A stretch of DNA of 64,000 nt from a bacterium (GTDB taxonomy: Bacteria; Patescibacteriota; Saccharimonadia; CAILAD01; GCA-016700035): contig CP064998.1 of the NCBI GenBank assembly GCA_016700035.1, positions 590,790 through 654,789 of the forward strand, given 5' to 3'. The notes under the pieces are model-generated. The model was given only the letters and a program-made list of their open reading frames with translations. It did no database searches and was not told where the DNA came from. Below, piece by piece: positions 1-9,521 of this stretch. A program made the position numbers and the translations under genes. Positions within the stretch are counted from its first letter, which is position 1; every line of letters starts with the position of its first letter.

Positions 1-29
1 AGTATGTCACGAAGAGTACCAGCAAAGCT

Positions 30-476
30 CTATAGGGTTTTACTAAAACTTGAAGAAAAACATACGACGCGCGGGTGTAGCTCAGCTGATAGAGCGCTTC
101 CTTGCCAAGGAAGAGGCCCCGGGTTTGAGTCCCGGTACCCGCACCAAAGATTTGATTCAGAGCCGTTTGGGCTCTTTTTCTTTGCCTCAATAATTGTCTT
201 AAAGGGGTCGTTGAGCATATAAGACAACTTCTTGTCCTTTAATTCAATGTTTGAAAGCAGATATTCAAGAAGTTTCTGACGAAGGCCATCGTCACTCTCT
301 TTGAATAGTTCATCAGCACGCTGTGCTAGGTCCAACAGATAAGAAGCAGTGACCTGGAACAGCTTATTATCATTCGTTAGCAACTTAAGGCGATCATTTA
401 ATTCTTGCTGTCGATTCTCTAATTCAGTTGCAATTTCGTCATGGAAAGCCTGAGTAATGCACCCCAGAACAAACAA
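30..476 (-). CDS. Hypothetical protein / gene remnant. Only roughly 230-476 is plausibly coding; the ORF reads through the tRNA-Gly gene.
   Basis: ORF track. The N-terminal 80 aa are coiled-coil-like (ELENRQQELNDRLKLL). The C-terminal part overlaps the tRNA antisense and is spurious. Confidence 0.3.
   Translation of the reverse strand: MFVLGCITQAFHDEIATELENRQQELNDRLKLLTNDNKLFQVTASYLLDLAQRADELFKESDDGLRQKLLEYLLSNIELKDKKLSYMLNDPFKTIIEAKKKSPNGSESNLWCGYRDSNPGPLPWQGSALSAELHPRVVCFSSSFSKTL
71..146 (+). tRNA. tRNA-Gly (anticodon GCC), CCA encoded
   Basis: Cloverleaf parsed by eye: acceptor GCGGGTG/CACCCGC, anticodon stem CTTCC/GGAAG, loop TTGCCAA, T-loop TTTGAGT, 3' ACCA. Confidence 0.85.
158..181 (+). 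terminator. Rho-independent terminator after tRNA-Gly
   Basis: Hairpin cagagcc...ggctct followed by a T-run. Confidence 0.6.
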
Positions 477-577
477 TGATTAATATCACTATAGTCAGCC
501 TAGCTTTGGTATTATTAACTCATGAAGAGAATACTACCTGTCGCGCTGCACTACCTTAGTAGGGCGAAGACCTATTT

Positions 578-2470
578 ATGAGCGAACATCACGACCACGG
601 TCATTCTGAACAGAGTAAGTGGAACAAACTGCTAACCTTATTAGCTGCAGTTACCTTTCTAATCGGGATTGCTCTGAGTATTTTTCATAATGCACTTAAT
701 GAGTGGGCTTTTGGTCTCTCTCTAATACTGGGTGGACTGCCAGTAGCCTGGTCGGCTATCAATTCCCTACTCCATCGCAAGATTGGAATTAACCTACTTG
801 TAACAATCGCAGCCGCTGGTGCTGTAGTACTTGGCCAAATAGCAGAAGCAGCCACTGTGATGTTTTTCTTCGCACTTGCAGAGGCTTTCGAAGAATATGG
901 GGAGTCACGCTCTCAGAAAGCTGTATCTACCTTAATTGATAATTCTCCAAAGATAGCTCGACTGGCTGACGGCAGAGAAGTTCCAGTAGCTTCAGTAAAA
1001 ATAGACGAGATTATAAAGGTTAGACCTGGGGACATGATTCCATTAGATGGGATAGTGGTAGATGGAGAGTCTTCTGTAGATGAAGCTACTATTACAGGAG
1101 AAAGCCTTCCTAGAGAAAAATACAAAGACCAACTCGTATATGCAGGTACACTTAATCAAAATGGATACCTCGAAGTGAAGGTTACGAAGACTGCTGACCA
1201 CAGTACGCTTTCACAGATTATTGCTCTAATTCAAAGCGCTCAAAAGTCCAAGCCAGAGATGCAAAAATTTCTCGATAAGTTCGCTAGCTACTACATCCCA
1301 ACCGCTCTTGGGCTTGCCGCAATTGTCGCTTTTATACCACCTCTCTTACTCGGTGAACCATTTAACATTTGGATTACACGAGCTTTAGTCTTGCTCGTCT
1401 TGGCATGTCCAGATGCTCTCGTAGTTTCTGCTCCTGTGGCTGTGTCGGCTGCGATCGGTGGTGCTTCCCGAAAGGGAGTCTTGATCAAGGGAGGACTTCT
1501 CTTGGAAGTACTCAGTAAAACTAAGGCAATTGCCTTTGATAAAACTAAAACTCTCACAGTTGGTAAGCCAGTTGTCGCCGAGGTCATCCTTATGCATGGG
1601 GCTTCCGAGTCAGATGTCCTCGGCGACGCAGCTGGTCTGGAAAAGTTTTCTTCACACCCACTTGCAACGGCAATCAGAGAATATGCCGACAAGAAAGGTG
1701 TGAAGCCTCACATAATGCACAAATTTAAAAATACTGCAGGACGAGGCGGAGTTGCAAACTGCATGGTTTGCGACACGAAAGCACACGCCATTGGGAACCT
1801 TCAGCATATAGGGGCCAGTGCGAAGCTCTGCAAAGAAGTCATGGCCGAAGTTACACGCATGGAGGCGAAGGGCATGACTGCTGTGCTCATCAGCGCAGGT
1901 AAGGTCGTAATAGGAGTTATAGGTATTACTGACGAATTGCGCCCCGAAGCCAAAGGAGTAATCAAACAGCTTCAATCTTTCAAGGTGACGCCCGTAATGT
2001 TGACTGGCGATAATGAGACGGCAGCTCAATATATTGCCGACCAGATCGATATTAAAGAGATCTATGGCTCACTCCTACCAGAAGAGAAGGCTAAACTAAT
2101 TAAAAAGCTTCAATCAAAACACGGGCGTGTAGCAATGGTAGGCGATGGTGTTAATGACGCCCCTAGCCTAGCTCGAGCCGATGTCGGGATTGCGATGGGG
2201 GCGGGCGGCTCAGATGTAGCTATTGAGGCAGCAGATATCACATTAATGAACGATGCCATCGAGGCCATTCCTTACCTTTTCAAGCTAGGTCAACGCACGT
2301 TTAGAGTAGTAAGACAAAATGTCTATGGCTCCTTGTTTATTAAAGCCATAATTTTAGTCACAAGTATCATCGGCCTCACCTCGCTCAGCATGGCAGTCGC
2401 TGTAGATGCCATTACAGCCATACTGGTGGTTCTAAATGGCTTGCGGCTTTATAGCGCAGGTCAGAGATAG
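578..2470 (+). CDS. Heavy-metal-translocating P-type (P1B) ATPase. It has a His-rich N-terminus (MSEHHDHGH), unusual DKTKT and CPD motifs, and no HMA domain.
   Basis: TGES, GDGVNDAP, the phosphorylation-site region FDKTKTLT, the TM6 motif ACPDAL, and overall CadA/ZntA-like order; 630 aa. Confidence 0.8.
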   Translation: MSEHHDHGHSEQSKWNKLLTLLAAVTFLIGIALSIFHNALNEWAFGLSLILGGLPVAWSAINSLLHRKIGINLLVTIAAAGAVVLGQIAEAATVMFFFALAEAFEEYGESRSQKAVSTLIDNSPKIARLADGREVPVASVKIDEIIKVRPGDMIPLDGIVVDGESSVDEATITGESLPREKYKDQLVYAGTLNQNGYLEVKVTKTADHSTLSQIIALIQSAQKSKPEMQKFLDKFASYYIPTALGLAAIVAFIPPLLLGEPFNIWITRALVLLVLACPDALVVSAPVAVSAAIGGASRKGVLIKGGLLLEVLSKTKAIAFDKTKTLTVGKPVVAEVILMHGASESDVLGDAAGLEKFSSHPLATAIREYADKKGVKPHIMHKFKNTAGRGGVANCMVCDTKAHAIGNLQHIGASAKLCKEVMAEVTRMEAKGMTAVLISAGKVVIGVIGITDELRPEAKGVIKQLQSFKVTPVMLTGDNETAAQYIADQIDIKEIYGSLLPEEKAKLIKKLQSKHGRVAMVGDGVNDAPSLARADVGIAMGAGGSDVAIEAADITLMNDAIEAIPYLFKLGQRTFRVVRQNVYGSLFIKAIILVTSIIGLTSLSMAVAVDAITAILVVLNGLRLYSAGQR

Positions 2471-2488
2471 TCAGGAGGAGCTATAGCT

Positions 2489-3277
2489 ATGTTGTTAATT
2501 GCAATGCTTCTCGGTTTTGTTGAGGGAGCAACTGAATTCTTACCAATTTCCTCTACAGGCCACTTGATACTCGCTGGCTGGCTTGTAGGATACCAAGGAG
2601 ATAAGGCGGCCAGCTTTGAGATTTTCATTCAGCTGGGTGCTATCTTGGCGGTGGTCTGGGTATTTCGACACAAGTTCTTCAAGCTCATTACCGCTAGAGA
2701 TACAACTCAGTTTGCTGGAAGACGAGGCTTATATTTACTAGCAATCACAACTACCCCAGCTCTATTCTTTGGTTTTCTTTTTCACGGACCCATAAAGCAA
2801 TACCTCTTCAACCCCGCTACAGTAGCAATAGGGCTTATTCTAGGCGGCATCGGCATACTATTTATCGAGAAGAGACCCCAGAATAAAACTATGCAAAGTC
2901 TTAACAATCTATCTAGAAAACAGGCGTTGGGTGTGGGTTTCGCTCAGGTACTTGCTCTTTTCCCTGGTGTGTCGCGGTCAGGATCGACGATCATGGGAGG
3001 AATGCTGTTTGGCATCAACCGAGAAACGGCTGTAGAGTACTCATTCCTAGCAGCCGTTCCAGTAATGTTTGCCGCCACTGGGTACGACTTGCTCAAAACA
3101 CTACCAAATCTTACTAGTTCAGATATTCCATTCTTTGCCATAGGACTTATATCTGCTTTCGTGAGTGCCCTAATCGCCATCAAGTGGCTACTTAAATATG
3201 TCCAACAACATACCTTCGCCCCATTTGCCTGGTACCGCATCGTATTAGGGCTGATAGTCCTAGCTCTATTCCGATGA
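2489..3277 (+). CDS. uppP: Undecaprenyl-diphosphate phosphatase (UppP/BacA)
   Basis: N-terminal GATEFLPISSTGHLIL signature, polytopic membrane protein, 262 aa. Confidence 0.9.
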   Translation: MLLIAMLLGFVEGATEFLPISSTGHLILAGWLVGYQGDKAASFEIFIQLGAILAVVWVFRHKFFKLITARDTTQFAGRRGLYLLAITTTPALFFGFLFHGPIKQYLFNPATVAIGLILGGIGILFIEKRPQNKTMQSLNNLSRKQALGVGFAQVLALFPGVSRSGSTIMGGMLFGINRETAVEYSFLAAVPVMFAATGYDLLKTLPNLTSSDIPFFAIGLISAFVSALIAIKWLLKYVQQHTFAPFAWYRIVLGLIVLALFR

Positions 3278-3298
3278 GTAGGAATACCCTATAATAAG

Positions 3299-4138
3299 GT
3301 GATGAATGAAGCTCAGCCAGAGACAAGCAACAACACTTCTCGACGCAAGTTTCTCTTTATCATTCTAGCTATTATCGTTTTGGTTATTTTGATACCGCTC
3401 ATGGCTGCTGGTATTGTCTATGCTTCTTCACCTCAGACTATTCGTAACCCCAAACTTGAGCATTACCATTTCCGTATGCAGATTGTGGTAGATGGCCAAA
3501 AAGAAGATTTCTCAGAGGACAAATACCAGCAGGACTACGCAAAGGACCAATGTAACGCAAATCTTCCAGAGCAACCGATCCACTTTCATGATAAGAAAGA
3601 TCAGTTCACGCATATTCACTGGGAAGGCATGACTGGAGGTATGGTTCTTAAGTATTATGGCTGGAACTATATTGGTGGTCTTAATAATGCTCTCGGCTAC
3701 AAGCTAAATGACCTCAAAGACATACAAAAAGTGAATACTCACGGCAACTTCTTACCAGCTCGCCCAGCAGGCTCAAAGCTATATGTCTTCACTGGCAACG
3801 AAAAGGAGTTTAAGGAGCGAAACCCTGATGATTTTGTGAAGCAAGACTTAGAGCAGTTTTTTGGTGTGACTAGTAACGCTCCATCTCATGAGATAAACAA
3901 ACAAAACAATGTCAGCATCTTGAATAAGTTCTTGCCACGGGCTTCCGCCCATGGTGGTGCTGACGACGGGGCAGACGGCGAGCCAGGCGAGGAACCCGCA
4001 GAAGAAAAGCTCACGCGCATAAATAATTTAATCGGTAACGTCGTAATTTTTGCCCAAAAAGATCGACCAACCAATGAACAGATTAAGGATAAGTTTAGTA
4101 ATCTAGAGCCATTAACAGCAAGTACCTGTGGTGGCTAA
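3299..4138 (+). CDS. Hypothetical membrane-anchored protein
   Basis: ORF with an N-terminal TM helix and an acidic C-terminal tail. No family recognised. Confidence 0.5.
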   Translation: MMNEAQPETSNNTSRRKFLFIILAIIVLVILIPLMAAGIVYASSPQTIRNPKLEHYHFRMQIVVDGQKEDFSEDKYQQDYAKDQCNANLPEQPIHFHDKKDQFTHIHWEGMTGGMVLKYYGWNYIGGLNNALGYKLNDLKDIQKVNTHGNFLPARPAGSKLYVFTGNEKEFKERNPDDFVKQDLEQFFGVTSNAPSHEINKQNNVSILNKFLPRASAHGGADDGADGEPGEEPAEEKLTRINNLIGNVVIFAQKDRPTNEQIKDKFSNLEPLTASTCGG

Positions 4139-4458
4139 TGCGTCCCAGGTTTAAATTTTTCACATTCTTACTTGTATCTATCCTTTGCGTGCTCTTCTCT
4201 CTGGGTATAATCTCAGCGAGTCAAGTCGAGTGGAACTCATCCCATGTAGAATGCACTGCATCATGCCACTCGACGAACCCAGCTACAACTGCTGCGAAAA
4301 TCATAGATCAACAGATCCAGAAGAAGAAAGCCCCTGTCGCAGCTTGGCTGCATATTCCAAGTAATCTATTTTTTCTTTATGTCTCACCTGTAGTTTTATT
4401 CATCTGGTTCATGGACAGATCTAAGACACTGTCTCTTACGGCACGCTTTAGGTTTTGA
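4138..4458 (+). CDS. Hypothetical small membrane protein
   Basis: ORF overlapping the previous stop (ATGA). N-terminal TM plus a C-terminal hydrophobic segment. Confidence 0.4.
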   Translation: MRPRFKFFTFLLVSILCVLFSLGIISASQVEWNSSHVECTASCHSTNPATTAAKIIDQQIQKKKAPVAAWLHIPSNLFFLYVSPVVLFIWFMDRSKTLSLTARFRF

Positions 4459-4510
4459 AATACACTTCTATATTTAGTGTCATTTTAAATCTAAGCTAAG
4501 GAACAAATAC

Positions 4511-5155
4511 ATGAGTAAGTGGATATTTGGAGTAGTCATTTTGGCTATTATTGGGTTTTCTACATATGCCCTGACAAGAAGCGATGAGCAGTTAGCCGCT
4601 ACAGAGAACATTTCAAGTGAAGGTTCTAAGAATTACTACGGCAATCTTGATAGCCCAGTGACACTCACGGAGTTTGTGGACTTCCAGTGTGAAGCCTGTT
4701 ATGCCTACTACCCGCACGTTAAAGAAATAAAAGAAAAGTACAAAGATCGCGTTAAATTTCAGATAAAAAACATGCCGATCTCTTCATCTCACAAGTCCGC
4801 TGCTCAGGCTGCTTACTCAGCCGAAGCTGCTGCACGCCAGGATAAATTCTTCGAAATGCATAATAAGCTATTCGAAGAGCAGAAGACTTGGGAGCAAGCG
4901 AAAGACCCTACTTCACTCTTTGAGAAATATGCCCAAGCTATTGGCCTGAATATGGAGAAGTTCAAGTCTGACGTAAAAAGTGCCGAGGTAGAGGCCGTGA
5001 TCAAGAAAGACCTTGCAGATGCGACCGCGCTCAAGGCTAGCGGCACGCCTACCTTTGTGCTGAACGGTCAGATGATAGAAAACCCTGGCCCATCGGTAGA
5101 AGCGCTTTCTAAGGTCCTGGACGATGCTTTAGCGAGCAGTAACACCCAACAATAA
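4511..5155 (+). CDS. DsbA-family thiol:disulfide oxidoreductase, membrane-anchored
   Basis: CxxC motif (FQCEACYAYYP) in a thioredoxin-fold context, plus an N-terminal TM. Confidence 0.75.
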   Translation: MSKWIFGVVILAIIGFSTYALTRSDEQLAATENISSEGSKNYYGNLDSPVTLTEFVDFQCEACYAYYPHVKEIKEKYKDRVKFQIKNMPISSSHKSAAQAAYSAEAAARQDKFFEMHNKLFEEQKTWEQAKDPTSLFEKYAQAIGLNMEKFKSDVKSAEVEAVIKKDLADATALKASGTPTFVLNGQMIENPGPSVEALSKVLDDALASSNTQQ

Positions 5156-5419
5156 GGTTAGCGTACTGGATGCCTAGCTAGCAGTTGAAAAAGCTGGGCA
5201 TCCTATTCCTAGCTAGGTGCTATTAATTCGCCAGATAAATCAAAGGTTTCAGCAAGGTGCTTTAGTCTATGATCTTCATGCGCCCCTATTGCGGCTGTTT
5301 GCAATGCGTCAACGATCCTGCACCACAGTATAGATTAAATGGTGCTTGAAGCGGTATAGCTTCAAATATTAAAGTCTCATTGAAGTTATTTTTGATATAA
5401 TGACGAAAAAGGAGTACGG

Positions 5420-5770
5420 ATGGTCACACCTGAACAGGTACACAACTACGCCAGGCAAAAATTTAATGAAGAAGATCCAAGCGACAGAATAGAAGACGCA
5501 GGTTTTGCATACTATATTAATACTCAACCAAGAGAGTACCTAGATACAGAAGATATTCATAAAATGATGATTGGCAACGGGCCACTTGTCGTAATCAAAG
5601 AAACAGGTGATGTATATTCATTTTCTTCAAATCCAGCCCATATGTTTGGCGACCCAGAAACAAGAATCGGGGTTAATACTGCAAGAACCACCGAAGAATT
5701 CCATACAGCGTTATCTGCCTTAATAGATAAAGGTGCCACTTCAGCCAATCCGATTGACCACATTAACTAG
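5420..5770 (+). CDS. Hypothetical protein
   Basis: ORF preceded by the RBS aaaggag. Confidence 0.45.
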   Translation: MVTPEQVHNYARQKFNEEDPSDRIEDAGFAYYINTQPREYLDTEDIHKMMIGNGPLVVIKETGDVYSFSSNPAHMFGDPETRIGVNTARTTEEFHTALSALIDKGATSANPIDHIN

Positions 5771-6003
5771 ATTAAGTCAGACAATAATTTGAAAATTGTC
5801 ACAAGATTTTCTAGCCTTGCGTTCTAGCAGTTTTTAATAGCTACCGTTTGAACTGTGTCAACTATCTTGAACCAAACTCTATAGCTACAGGTAAAGAATA
5901 AACCATATAATTAAAAGTAACTTTGGACAACTTAAGCGGCTGTCTTTTATATGAAGTAGTTTATCAAAACCAAAGATAAGGGGCACTCGCGCCCATGCGC
6001 TTA

Positions 6004-6882
6004 CTAGCCTGCCTCCAGCTCTAACTGCTCCGACAACGAAGCGGTGGCATCAAGGTCATCAAGAATCTCCAATATCTCTGGATCTTGAGCATAACGACCA
6101 CCGCTGGCATGCTTAGCGATTTCTCGCAACGTACTCATCGCCACAATATGCGATAGTCCGCTCCTGCGACACAGTGCATCATAAATATCTAGAATATTAA
6201 TAAGTTTTTCGGCTCGATCATAAGCACTATTTTCACCAAAATTATATTTCTGATTATAAACATCGCTACCTTCATCAAAAATACCGTCCGGATTATCGTC
6301 GCGCATACGATGATGTGATACTGCCCCAGCAATTGGCTCTCTTGGTATGCCAGCAGCATTAATAAGCAACTTTAACGTCCATTCTGTGTGAAGATCATAA
6401 AACTCTCTCAAGCTAATTGCGCAATCGATCCCCAGGCTATCAAACACTGCCTTAAAAGATTCTGCCCGTTGTGGAAAATACACCATAAAAAAACTGTTTA
6501 AGCTATCCATTAAAACTTCGGTGGGAAGATTTTCAAGTGCATAAATATCAACAAACAACTGAGCTTGCTCCATAGATGCTTCAGGCGGGCCAGTTTTACC
6601 AATATCCGTAAGTAGAGTACCAACCCTAACAATATGCTTCTCGTCCGATGAATAGGCATGGCCACGCCGCTCAGCAACCCGAAAAACATCATCAGCCCGA
6701 CGAATAGCTGATATTTCGTCGGTAACAGTTTCGGTTTGATCAGCTAGTAATACTAGTCGGTCTCTTATTTGGCTATCGAGATCACTTGGAGCAATATCCA
6801 CCTCGCGTAATATACCTTCAATCAACGCGACGGGGTTTTTTTGATTATATTCTAATTGTACTTCCTGGCTCAAAACTCGCAC
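6004..6882 (-). CDS. HD-GYP-like domain protein with degenerate catalytic motifs (TD instead of HD; NPDG instead of GYP)
   Basis: LLTDIGKTGPPE aligns to the HDIGKIGIPD consensus. SHHRMRDDNPDGIF aligns to HHERxDGSGYPxGL. DIYDALCRRSG aligns to DVxDALTSxRPY. Confidence 0.55.
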   Translation of the reverse strand: MRVLSQEVQLEYNQKNPVALIEGILREVDIAPSDLDSQIRDRLVLLADQTETVTDEISAIRRADDVFRVAERRGHAYSSDEKHIVRVGTLLTDIGKTGPPEASMEQAQLFVDIYALENLPTEVLMDSLNSFFMVYFPQRAESFKAVFDSLGIDCAISLREFYDLHTEWTLKLLINAAGIPREPIAGAVSHHRMRDDNPDGIFDEGSDVYNQKYNFGENSAYDRAEKLINILDIYDALCRRSGLSHIVAMSTLREIAKHASGGRYAQDPEILEILDDLDATASLSEQLELEAG

Positions 6883-7018
6883 CTCAAGGTATTGCTATAA
6901 TACATATTTTACCATTTTTTATAGACTAACTAATTGACTTCAAGGGCATTAAACTACGCAGTAATACATATTAGCTAGCCGTAAGATAAGAGAAATCTCA
7001 GTTAATACTACTTAACTA

Positions 7019-8215
7019 CTACCACCAAGATGTGTCTTTACTAACAGGTGGCGTGGGCGTAGATGTGGATGTAGGCGTATTTACACCACCACCAGATGGA
7101 GATGGAGTAGAAGTGCTCGTGCCACCATTAGTGCTACCGCCACTCGATGACACTGGTATATATGACGCAACTCCACTCTCTCCTGCTGATGTCGGGGCAA
7201 GCGAAGTTAAACCAGAACCGTCGAGATTAATACGATGCAATACTTGCTTAAACCAAACTGACTTTAGAAATACAATACTTGTAGAATCAGCCGAAAATGT
7301 GCCATTGGCATTCCCGCCACCATCAGCAATAACAGCAGTTGGATTCAGTGGGCCAGCTACAGAGCCCCGCATCATGTCACACGGACAACCATATATATTG
7401 CGAAAACTGAGCCACAGGTAGGTTTTTCCATCCGGTGATATATAAGGGTCGTAGTTCCAGCCTGGATCATTAGTGATACGCACTTCCTCTCGAGTCGCAT
7501 AGTCGATCTTAAACACATCTTGCTTCTGGCAAAGTCCAAAACATTCCCAGCCACGAATTAGCATAATTTGATTAGTTGTCGACCAAGATGGGTCGGACAC
7601 TACCGAATCAGATCCTTCAACCTTCATTTCTTTTGATATAACTTCTGGTGAGTTACCATTACTATCAATCACTACCACACGAGATTTAAATTCTGGTATC
7701 GTAGCCACCAAGACCATCTTGCTCGAATCCGGAGACCATTCGGCATGAGCCATACCTGTCCAGTTATAACTATCTCGCTTGGCTAAACTGATTATTTCCT
7801 GCTGATTACTGCCGTCTGTATTCATCACCCAAAGTCGATTACTATGGGTAGCAAAATTGACGCTCGAATCCTTACTAGCCTTCATAAATAATATTTTCTT
7901 GCCATCAGGACTAGGTCGAGCCCATTCATGCTGAGCAGAGGGATCATTCGTTAAGCGAACTTTATTACCACCATTTTTATCCATTTTCCAAATTTGGTTT
8001 GTTTCAGAGCCTTCTTTACTAGCAAAAAGGATGTGAGAATCGGTAGTGGCTACGGGTGTCGTACTGGTGGGCTTAGATGCAAATGATGCATATATAACGA
8101 CCGACAACACCACAGCAAACAGGCCGACAACCAACGGTGCTGGTGGGAGCTTAAATTTACGGTTTAGCAGTGCTGATGAGGTGGTTGCTTTTTTAGCCAT
8201 TTTTTTATTAGACAC
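7019..8215 (-). CDS. TolB-like beta-propeller (PD40 repeat) protein, N-terminally anchored, with a G/S/T/P-rich C-terminal tail
   Basis: Repeated WSPDG/PSPDGKKILF motifs, signal-anchor, low-complexity tail. Confidence 0.65.
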   Translation of the reverse strand: MSNKKMAKKATTSSALLNRKFKLPPAPLVVGLFAVVLSVVIYASFASKPTSTTPVATTDSHILFASKEGSETNQIWKMDKNGGNKVRLTNDPSAQHEWARPSPDGKKILFMKASKDSSVNFATHSNRLWVMNTDGSNQQEIISLAKRDSYNWTGMAHAEWSPDSSKMVLVATIPEFKSRVVVIDSNGNSPEVISKEMKVEGSDSVVSDPSWSTTNQIMLIRGWECFGLCQKQDVFKIDYATREEVRITNDPGWNYDPYISPDGKTYLWLSFRNIYGCPCDMMRGSVAGPLNPTAVIADGGGNANGTFSADSTSIVFLKSVWFKQVLHRINLDGSGLTSLAPTSAGESGVASYIPVSSSGGSTNGGTSTSTPSPSGGGVNTPTSTSTPTPPVSKDTSWW

Positions 8216-8347
8216 CTTTATTAGTAGTTCTTTTAGTTGCTTTTTTAGGCATAATATCTCTTATTATTTTGATAATAACACCATAAGCACATTTTGCATA
8301 CTATATAATTGTGCATCAAATAGGATAAGCGCTATACTACAGCTAGT

Positions 8348-9328
8348 ATGAAACAAAGAAATGCAATTTCCCGCATCAAAAAGGGTCGTAAATTTATTTA
8401 TATAACTAAAAATGGCTTGGTACAAAACAAAAAAATGCTTACTTATATTGCTAGCCTCTCCATCCCTCCAGCCTGGGATATGGTAACTATTGCTGGCTCC
8501 CCCAACGCCAAAGTACTCGTCACTGGCCAAGATATGGCTGGTCGCACCCAATGCATATATAACCCTAAGTTTCGAGCTCGCCAAGATAAACTCAAATTTG
8601 ACCGTATCTTGCGGTTTGCCGATGCCCTACCCAACCTGCGTCGTCAAATCAGTAAAGATCTGTCTCGCAAACGCCTAGTAAAAGAGAAAGTCTTAGCCTG
8701 TGTGGTGCGCTTAATTGATGAGGCCTATTTTCGGGTGGGTAACGAAAAATATGCTAAAGAAAATCAAAGCTACGGCATTACCACTATGCGGTCTAAGCAC
8801 ACTGACGTTCAGGGCACTACTGTAACCTTCGACTTTATTGGTAAAAGTGGCAAACAGCACATTAAAAGTATTACCGACCGACAAATTGCCAACATTGTAA
8901 AACAGCTTGATGAGTTACCTGGATATGAGGTGTTTCGCTACATTGATGCTGACGGTAAATTGCACGATGTGGAGAGCACGGATGTAAATAATTACATAAA
9001 AACCCATATGGGAGAGGAGTTTAGCGCCAAAGACTTTCGCACCTGGGGCGGTACGCTTCTGGCTACCAGTGAACTTTTAGCTGTTGAGCGAATGCGTCAT
9101 CACGCCGAACGACAAAAGCAAGTGGTAGAAGTGGTGCGCAGTGTGGCCGAACGGCTGGGTAACACCCCGGCAGTAGCGCGCTCCAGCTACATTGACCCTC
9201 GCGTCCTCAATGCCTACACCGAATCCACACGACTAGAAAAAATCAAAGTTGCCATGGAGAAGATGCGCCCTCGCAAGTACATGAGTCGCGACGAACAGTG
9301 TGTATTAAGACTTCTAGAAACCGCATAA
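8348..9328 (+). CDS. DNA topoisomerase IB (bacterial/poxvirus type)
   Basis: IPPAW, GRxQxxYxxKFR, FRTWGG and the C-terminal RSSYIDP catalytic Tyr motif. About 326 aa, typical of bacterial TopIB. Confidence 0.85.
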   Translation: MKQRNAISRIKKGRKFIYITKNGLVQNKKMLTYIASLSIPPAWDMVTIAGSPNAKVLVTGQDMAGRTQCIYNPKFRARQDKLKFDRILRFADALPNLRRQISKDLSRKRLVKEKVLACVVRLIDEAYFRVGNEKYAKENQSYGITTMRSKHTDVQGTTVTFDFIGKSGKQHIKSITDRQIANIVKQLDELPGYEVFRYIDADGKLHDVESTDVNNYIKTHMGEEFSAKDFRTWGGTLLATSELLAVERMRHHAERQKQVVEVVRSVAERLGNTPAVARSSYIDPRVLNAYTESTRLEKIKVAMEKMRPRKYMSRDEQCVLRLLETA

Positions 9329-9521
9329 ACTTTAGTAATTTTCCGTATCGCATAATCTGTTGTAATACTATAAATGTATTGCTTTTTTATAGCTTTTATG
9401 CTATAATATTACCCATCACCTTGTAGGAGGTAGCTATCTGGACCTGATCTGATTATCGGATCCTGGTTAGCTGCCTTCAACCGAGGGCTAGCGTTTCGAC
9501 GACAGCCCTGGAGGGTGGAAA

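Noticed and set aside
4-222. ORF 4..222 (+), and the C-terminal half of ORF 30..476 (-), overlapping tRNA-Gly
   Set aside because: They run through a clearly folded tRNA gene and its terminator. Translation across the tRNA is not credible.
30-5155. Integrative element inserted at tRNA-Gly
   Set aside because: No integrase or recombinase of recognisable family, no tRNA 3'-end direct repeat found downstream, and normal base composition.
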